Part shown: positions 58,538 to 64,000 of the stretch, in pieces
How the letters are laid out: every line of letters starts with the position of its first letter
How positions within the stretch are numbered: the first letter of the stretch is position 1
Source: Trueperaceae bacterium
Lineage (GTDB): Bacteria > Deinococcota > Deinococci > Deinococcales > Trueperaceae
Length of the DNA stretch: 64,000 nt
Reading direction: 5' to 3'
NCBI GenBank assembly: GCA_965215565.1
Contig: CBDCDZ010000004.1
Location: 256,001 to 320,000 of the forward strand
Made by a program: the position numbers and the translations under genes
Notes under the pieces: model-generated
Databases searched by the model: none
Seen by the model: the letters and a program-made list of their open reading frames with translations, nothing else
What the model was told of the DNA's origin: nothing

Positions 58538-59920
58538 TCAACCCCTTACATCACCTAAATCTTTTCGAGGAGTGGTGGGGCTGACATGATGCCGTCGTAG
58601 CAGCGTAAGCCCGACAATGCCTGCAACGACGTAGCCCGCGCCTTGCACATTGATAACCAGTCCTACGCCGAGTGAATCGCCTAGCACGGCCGCTAGCCCC
58701 ATACCGGTGAGGTTGAAAAGTGCCATCGTCGCGCCATAGGCTCCGAAGACGCGCCCCCTAAAACTATCTTCGACACCCGTTTGGAGGAGCGTGAGCAGTC
58801 CAGCGCTGTAGGCGGATACCGGCACTCCAGCCAGAGCGATCAGTAAAAGTGCGGGTAGAACACCGGGGATAAAGTAGGGGTAGTTGAAAATCATTAGGTC
58901 GATGATCCCTAAGCTGAGCCCGCCCCAGCCCAACAGCCGGTGCGGTGCCGTGCGCCCGGCTAGCCCCGAAGTTAGCACGCCGCCGCCGATGCCGCCGACA
59001 GCTTGCGCTGACATGAGCCACCCTACCGCCGCCGCTTCCCCTCGCAACACTTCGGTTACAAAAGGGATAAAGAGCACTGCCATCACGCCTTCGCCTACGG
59101 AGGCGGCGGCAACGATGAGAAAGAGCAGGCGTATCATACGGTCACCGATGACGCGCTCAAGCCCCTCGAGCCACGCTCGCCACATCCCTCTAAGCCCGGC
59201 TAGCATGTCCGTCTGTTCTAAATTCACTTGCGCTGGAGCAGTTTTCGTTTGAACGAGCGCCACACACCCAGCCGCCACGAGAAAGGACGCCGCGTCGAGA
59301 ACGACAACCCCCGATAAGCCCACCCCTCCCACAACTACGCCGCCGAGGGCAGGGCCGACGAGCCGCGCCAAGTTGTTGTTGAGCGCGTTGAGCGCGTTTG
59401 CAGCGGCAAGCTGCTCCTTTTGAACTACGCTCGGCAAAAAGGCGTTCTCGGCAGGGATGAAAAAGCGGTTGATGATCGCTTGAACGAAGGCAACCCCGTA
59501 GACGAGCCAGAGCCAACCCGTAGAGGGTACAAGGGCTAGAGGAAGCACTGCAGCGCAGGACAACAAGTTGGTCACGATCAGAGTGCGCCGCCGGTCCCAG
59601 CGGTCCACGAAGATACCCGCTACCGAGCCGAGCAGGATGCGAGGCAGCGTGCCCGCCATGAAGATCAAGCCGGTCGCAAGCGTCGAGCCCGTCGTGTTGA
59701 AGACGTAAACGGGTAGACCGATCTGCAGCGCCCAGCCACCCATCATCGAGACCAGTCCGCCCCACCAAAGCAGGGCGAAATCTCGGTTCGCTGTCAAAAG
59801 GTCGCGCGGTCCTATCGCCGCAAGCGAACCTCGTCGCGCGTTACGTACGTCACGCTGCTCAGCCGCGTGCTGCAAACGTTCTCTGTAGCGCCGCCGCGCC
59901 TCTCTTCCGTCGAACCTCAT
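58538..59920 (-). CDS. MFS transporter (MFS_3/H+ antiporter-like)
   Basis: NRDFALLW.G..VS..G, AGIFVDRWDRRR, ARLVGPALGG and LQ..V....RGRVF motifs. Confidence 0.93.
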   Translation of the reverse strand: MRFDGREARRRYRERLQHAAEQRDVRNARRGSLAAIGPRDLLTANRDFALLWWGGLVSMMGGWALQIGLPVYVFNTTGSTLATGLIFMAGTLPRILLGSVAGIFVDRWDRRRTLIVTNLLSCAAVLPLALVPSTGWLWLVYGVAFVQAIINRFFIPAENAFLPSVVQKEQLAAANALNALNNNLARLVGPALGGVVVGGVGLSGVVVLDAASFLVAAGCVALVQTKTAPAQVNLEQTDMLAGLRGMWRAWLEGLERVIGDRMIRLLFLIVAAASVGEGVMAVLFIPFVTEVLRGEAAAVGWLMSAQAVGGIGGGVLTSGLAGRTAPHRLLGWGGLSLGIIDLMIFNYPYFIPGVLPALLLIALAGVPVSAYSAGLLTLLQTGVEDSFRGRVFGAYGATMALFNLTGMGLAAVLGDSLGVGLVINVQGAGYVVAGIVGLTLLRRHHVSPTTPRKDLGDVRG

Positions 59921-59950
59921 ACTTCTAGCGTCGGTGCTATCCTACTGCAG

Positions 59951-60631
59951 ATGAAAGACTCAAATTCGAGTAGGACAGCTAAGGGTTTCTACACCGTGAC
60001 CGATACGAAACAAGCGGCGCTGCTGACAGGAGCAACCAGCAAAGCGTTCTTCAAGCCGTTCTTGGCGCGAGAATGCAGCGTGAGTCAGGCTGCTGCAGAG
60101 GTGGGCTGTCAGCTCAACACGATGCTCTACCGGGTCAAGGTGTTTCTGGACGTGGGCCTACTCACCGTCGTGCGCGAAGAGAAGCGGGTGGGGCGAGCCA
60201 TCAAAATCTACCGCTCGGTTCATGATGCCTACCTCATTCCTGACGGCGTAACCCCCTACGCTGACCTAGAAGAGCGCCTGAAGCAGCAGATCAAGCCTTT
60301 TTGGGAGACGCTCATGCGTTCGCTCGCGCGTACCTACCGTGAGCGCGGCTGGGGCGGACAGACCCTCCGCCGCACGGCTGAAGGGGTGGTGACGACGAGC
60401 CTAGCGATTAAAGAGGTTGCTCCGACAGACTTCTGGTCAGCCGAGCCCCCTTACGAGGTGTATTCGGACGTGGGGCTTCATCTCACGCCGGAAGAGGCGG
60501 AAGCCCTGGCGTACCGGTTACTCGAGTTGCTCAAAGATACCTCAAAAAATGTGGCGAAGCAGGGAAAGAAGCAGGGAAAACGGTACGCCTTACAGGTAGC
60601 GTTGGTGCCAGTGGATGAGCGAGAGGGTTGA
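59951..60631 (+). CDS. ArsR-like winged-helix transcriptional regulator
   Basis: PFL.RE.SVSQAA.E.G...N..LYRV..FL..GLL.V.RE.KR.GR.IK.Y; divergent from the MFS gene. Confidence 0.85.
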   Translation: MKDSNSSRTAKGFYTVTDTKQAALLTGATSKAFFKPFLARECSVSQAAAEVGCQLNTMLYRVKVFLDVGLLTVVREEKRVGRAIKIYRSVHDAYLIPDGVTPYADLEERLKQQIKPFWETLMRSLARTYRERGWGGQTLRRTAEGVVTTSLAIKEVAPTDFWSAEPPYEVYSDVGLHLTPEEAEALAYRLLELLKDTSKNVAKQGKKQGKRYALQVALVPVDEREG

Positions 60632-60659
60632 GTCGGCTTGGTCGGGACCTCCTTTCTTA

Positions 60660-60842
60660 TAGCACCACAACATACTGAGACAGTTGAGCGCAGACCTCTG
60701 TCCGCAAGGACTAGCGTTACGGGCAGGCCGCCCTGCCGTTGCGGGATTTCATCCCTCGAAGTGCGCGCTAGACTGTTCATTTCTCCCTAAGGGTGTCTCT
60801 GACCAGCTCCGACCAACGGGAGACAGACTTTGATACCTGCTA
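60660..60842 (-). mobile_element. MITE-like repeat copy
   Basis: TAGCAC..CATACTGAGAC...TGATACCTGCTA, carrying both optional internal modules. Confidence 0.85.
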
Positions 60843-61919
60843 TTACATCTCTTCGCGCCTGCCCATTTCCTGCGCCACAGCCTCATAAAACGCTCTACGT
60901 AAGGCGTGAATATTCTGTCCCCTCTTTCGGTGCGGATGCACGCGGTTCGTGAGCAGCACCGCGAACCATCCCTGCACGGGGTCTATCCACAAACTCGTAC
61001 CTGTAAAACCTGTGTGACCGTAAGCAGACGAACTCGCGAGGCTGCCGACGCTCGAGCCCACCCCACCAAGCTGCCATCCTAGCCCTCTCCTCACGCCGTC
61101 CGCCTCGACGTGCACCAAAACCGCCTCACGGAGTAGCGTCTCACTCCCTAACCTCTTATCCAGTTTCAACCAGGCTTGCGCGTAATAGGCAATGTCTTGC
61201 GCCGTGCCGAAGAGCCCGGCGTGTCCAGCAACCCCGTCCATTACAAAAGCGTTCTCGTCGTGGACGACGCCCCCCAGCATCGTGCCGCGCCAGCCGCAAT
61301 CCTCAGTGGCGGCTACCGGGACGTTATGAAGAGGTCCGAAGGAGAGGTGGGACAACTCGAGCGGCTCAAAAATATGCGCCCCTGCAAATTCATCTAACCG
61401 CTGTTTGCTCACCCGCTCCACCACCGCGCCCAAGAGGATGAAGCCTAAATCGCTGTAAACGTAGGTCGGCTCTCCCAAAGAGGTCTGCAACACGTTGGCG
61501 AGCGCCGTGCGCCGTTCACTGACCTGAGCAAAGAGCGGCGTCCAAGCGGGCAGCCCGGACGTGTGCGTGAGGAGTTGTCTGAGCGTCACGTCGGCGAGAG
61601 AAGGTGACTGCGCCCAGCCTGCGTTACTGAAAAAGCGACTGACGGGGTGCTCGAGCCTCACCTCTCCCGCATCTACCAGATGCAGAATGCTCGGCAAGGT
61701 CGCGACGACTTTGGTGAGCGAAGCCAAGTCGAAGCGCGTGTCCAGCGTGACCGCTTCGCCACCAGATTCTTCACTAGAACTATCGCTGTAGCGCCTCACG
61801 CCTGTGGCTGCGACGATATCGTAGTGGTTCAGCGTGCCCGCAACGGCAACCGCACAGGGAATCTCGCCCTTCGCTACGGCGTCTGTTAGGAGGGCTCGAG
61901 CCTCACCGAAAGGTCTCAC
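60843..61919 (-). CDS. beta-lactamase-family serine hydrolase (AmiE/NamA-like candidate)
   Basis: FDLASLTK (SxxK), LLTHTSGL, YSDLGF, GHAGLF, GHTGFTGT and LTNRVHP motifs. Confidence 0.9.
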   Translation of the reverse strand: MRPFGEARALLTDAVAKGEIPCAVAVAGTLNHYDIVAATGVRRYSDSSSEESGGEAVTLDTRFDLASLTKVVATLPSILHLVDAGEVRLEHPVSRFFSNAGWAQSPSLADVTLRQLLTHTSGLPAWTPLFAQVSERRTALANVLQTSLGEPTYVYSDLGFILLGAVVERVSKQRLDEFAGAHIFEPLELSHLSFGPLHNVPVAATEDCGWRGTMLGGVVHDENAFVMDGVAGHAGLFGTAQDIAYYAQAWLKLDKRLGSETLLREAVLVHVEADGVRRGLGWQLGGVGSSVGSLASSSAYGHTGFTGTSLWIDPVQGWFAVLLTNRVHPHRKRGQNIHALRRAFYEAVAQEMGRREEM

Positions 61920-62043
61920 ATCAGCCTGCTAGCTCGAGGTGAAAAGAAGGTGTACCGTTTCGTGGTTGCGAAAATGGGTTCGCGTCTCTCACAAATAGTC
62001 TGTTGCCGAATACGTAAGTGGTACACCGCCGGCGAGAAAGAGG

Positions 62044-63195
62044 TCACGGCGTCGCCACGCTGAGCTTTCCTGCGATGACGGCGCGGCGTGCGCCCGTCGC
62101 GTTCGGCAAGGTATTCGGGAGACCGTGCCGCGCGAAACAACCCATCACAGCGAAGGCGAGGGCTTCACGGTCTTTGGCGTTCCAGCCTAAGTCAGCGAAC
62201 GTATTGACATTTGTTGTGAGACGTTCGCGCAGCATAGCTACGAGCGTCGCGTTAAACGTGCCGCCTCCAGCAAAGATGATTTCATCCACGTGAGGGACGA
62301 AGCGTTCGTACGCCTCTGCGATGGACGCGGCGGTGAAGGCGGTCAGGGTGGCGATGAGGTCGTCAGGTTCCAACCTCTTTAAGGGGACCTCTTTCTCCAC
62401 CTCCGCAAGCGTGAAGACCTCTCGCCCCGTCGTCTTAGGCGGCGGACGCTGCAAGTAAGGGTGCGCTATGAGGTCGGAGAGCACTTTGTCATCGACTTGA
62501 CCTCTCGCGGCGTGGCGTCCGTCTGGGTCGTACTCGAGTCCATAAAACTTCTCCATCGCCTCGTCAATCAGACAGTTGGCGGGTCCGGTGTCAAACGCAA
62601 AAACTTCGTTCGGGTCGCCGTTCGCAGGCAAATAGGTGAGGTTCGAAATGCCGCCTAAGTTGTGAATAGCCCGCGCCACACCGGGCTCGTGAAAGAGTTG
62701 AAAGTCGCCGAACGCAACTAGCGGCGCACCCTGTCCGCCCGCCGCCATGTCCCCCTGCCGAAAGTCTGAGTAGGCCGGGACGCGGCAGCGCTCCGCGACG
62801 AGGCTCGCTTCACCGAGTTGGAGGGTGCTAAGGGTGTGCCAGCCTCTCGAGTCGTCTTTCAGAGGGATGTGATAGATCGTCTGCCCAGAGAGCGCGACTA
62901 AATCTATATGCTCGTCTGCGCTTTCCTGCACCTCTAGGGCGAGGTCCGCGTAAGCGTGACCTACCTCGGCGTGAAGCTGGGTGAGGAGCGCAACATCTGA
63001 GGTTGCGGGACGCATAGCGTGGCGCAGTCTACCTCGTAAGGCGGAGGGGTAGGGCGTTGAAGCCCTCGCTAGGACGCGCCACTCGAGCTTGCCGCCCTCA
63101 CGCGCCAGCCGCACGAGCACCGCGTCCACGCCGTCGAGCGAGGTGCCCGACATCAGCGCTAAGACGTTGAGGGGTGGCAAGGTTACATCTTTCAT
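62044..63195 (-). CDS. anmK: anhydro-N-acetylmuramic acid kinase
   Basis: MSGTSLDGVD, DFR..DMAAGGQGAPLV, NLGGISN, FDTGPAN, PPKTTGRE.F and EALAFA motifs. Confidence 0.97.
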   Translation of the reverse strand: MKDVTLPPLNVLALMSGTSLDGVDAVLVRLAREGGKLEWRVLARASTPYPSALRGRLRHAMRPATSDVALLTQLHAEVGHAYADLALEVQESADEHIDLVALSGQTIYHIPLKDDSRGWHTLSTLQLGEASLVAERCRVPAYSDFRQGDMAAGGQGAPLVAFGDFQLFHEPGVARAIHNLGGISNLTYLPANGDPNEVFAFDTGPANCLIDEAMEKFYGLEYDPDGRHAARGQVDDKVLSDLIAHPYLQRPPPKTTGREVFTLAEVEKEVPLKRLEPDDLIATLTAFTAASIAEAYERFVPHVDEIIFAGGGTFNATLVAMLRERLTTNVNTFADLGWNAKDREALAFAVMGCFARHGLPNTLPNATGARRAVIAGKLSVATP

Positions 63196-63264
63196 ACTGT
63201 GTCATTCATACTGCTCAACCTCTTTGAATTTTGCACAATCATCTTTCTTTGCGAGGGAGTGTGC

Positions 63265-63334
63265 GGCGTAGGGGTGATTCATGAATCACCCCTACTGCAT
63301 TTGCCTCTTTCTGTGACTTTTCTAGCGTGGTCTA
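63265..63334. repeat. GTAG-type REP-like palindrome (copy 2)
   Basis: GTAGGGGTGATTCATGAATCACCCCTAC plus a tail similar to the 52565 copy. Confidence 0.8.
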
Positions 63335-63341
63335 ACCATAC

Positions 63342-64000
63342 TTAGCGGTACGCCTGCCACTCCGGTTCGTGCTCGAAAATCCAGCGGTAGTAGTCCTGTC
63401 CTTGTAACTCCGTCGCGGCGGCTTCGTCCACGATGACTTTGCAGTTCGGGTGGAGTTGCAGCGCCGTCGCGCTGATCATGGCGGTAATGGGACCCTCCGT
63501 AGCTTTCGCCAGGATGGACGCTTTGCGCTCACCTGTCACGAGCATGACGATCTCTTTCGCCTCTAAAATCGTACCGACGCCCATCGTGAGTGCCCGTTCG
63601 GGAACGTGTTCCGCGCCGCCGAAAAACTCGGCGTTCTGCTCCCGCGTCGTGGGCGTGAGTGCTTTGTCTCTGGTGCGCGACATGAGCGAGGAGAGCGGCT
63701 CGTTGAAACCGATGTGTCCCGTTTCGCCTAGTCCCAGAAGCTGAAGGTCGATGCCGTCCGCCGTTTTGATGCTCGCTTCGAAGCGGCGGCATTCGGCGTC
63801 CAGGTCAGGGGCGACGCCGTTGGGCAGATGGGTGTGATCGGGGTTGATGTCCACGTGGTCGAAGAGGTGCTCTTTCATATAAGCGTGATACGAGCGCGGG
63901 TCGTCCGGGGTCAAGCCGACGTATTCGTCTAAATTAAAGGTGCGGCACGCTGAGAACTCGAGCCCCTGTTCACAGTACTTGACGAGTTCGCGGTACACAC
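63342..64000 (-). CDS. nagB: glucosamine-6-phosphate deaminase (5' end outside window)
   Basis: TFNLDEYVGL, LLGLG..GHIGFNEP, ALTMGVGTI and A.ALQLHP motifs. Confidence 0.96.
   Translation of the reverse strand, partial: VYRELVKYCEQGLEFSACRTFNLDEYVGLTPDDPRSYHAYMKEHLFDHVDINPDHTHLPNGVAPDLDAECRRFEASIKTADGIDLQLLGLGETGHIGFNEPLSSLMSRTRDKALTPTTREQNAEFFGGAEHVPERALTMGVGTILEAKEIVMLVTGERKASILAKATEGPITAMISATALQLHPNCKVIVDEAAATELQGQDYYRWIFEHEPEWQAYR

Noticed and set aside
60843..61919. Antibiotic-resistance beta-lactamase
   Set aside because: No signal peptide, and the anmK/nagB context points to cell-wall recycling.

Overview
Chromosomal window from a high-GC Deinococcota bacterium. A Trueperaceae-like origin is inferred from cinA-recA-rny, uvsE, the pyrR-B-C style, leaderless -10/ATG starts and abundant CTCGAG. 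About 27-64 kb is mostly core genome: a disulfide oxidoreductase, a MoxR/vWA pair, cinA-recA-rny, an Fe-S oxidoreductase, SCO, Crp, pyrRBC with a PyrR attenuator, uvsE, and a peptidoglycan-recycling cluster (nagB, anmK, serine hydrolase, peptide ABC transporter, nagZ) with small insertions (vapBC, trypsin, MFS/regulator); an HsdR-N-type nuclease gene sits beside pyrR. About 1-27 kb is a mosaic accessory region. It has four CBM4-type proteins (including a GH9 and a DUF1996 lipoprotein), a surface subtilase, lower-GC ORFan envelope genes, and remnants of a conjugation module (excisionase-like HTH, VirB9-like, lytic transglycosylase). The most unusual signal is non-coding. There are three 300-650 nt, densely base-paired regions (301-950, 12838-13312, 18079-18375), and two of them display the same GC(A/T)GCAC motif in five hairpin loops, which suggests an undescribed family of structured RNAs. 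A modular TA-flanked MITE family (about 9 copies), REP-like palindromes and STRR-like hairpins are scattered throughout. No rRNA, tRNA, CRISPR array, transposase, integrase or reverse transcriptase was recognised.
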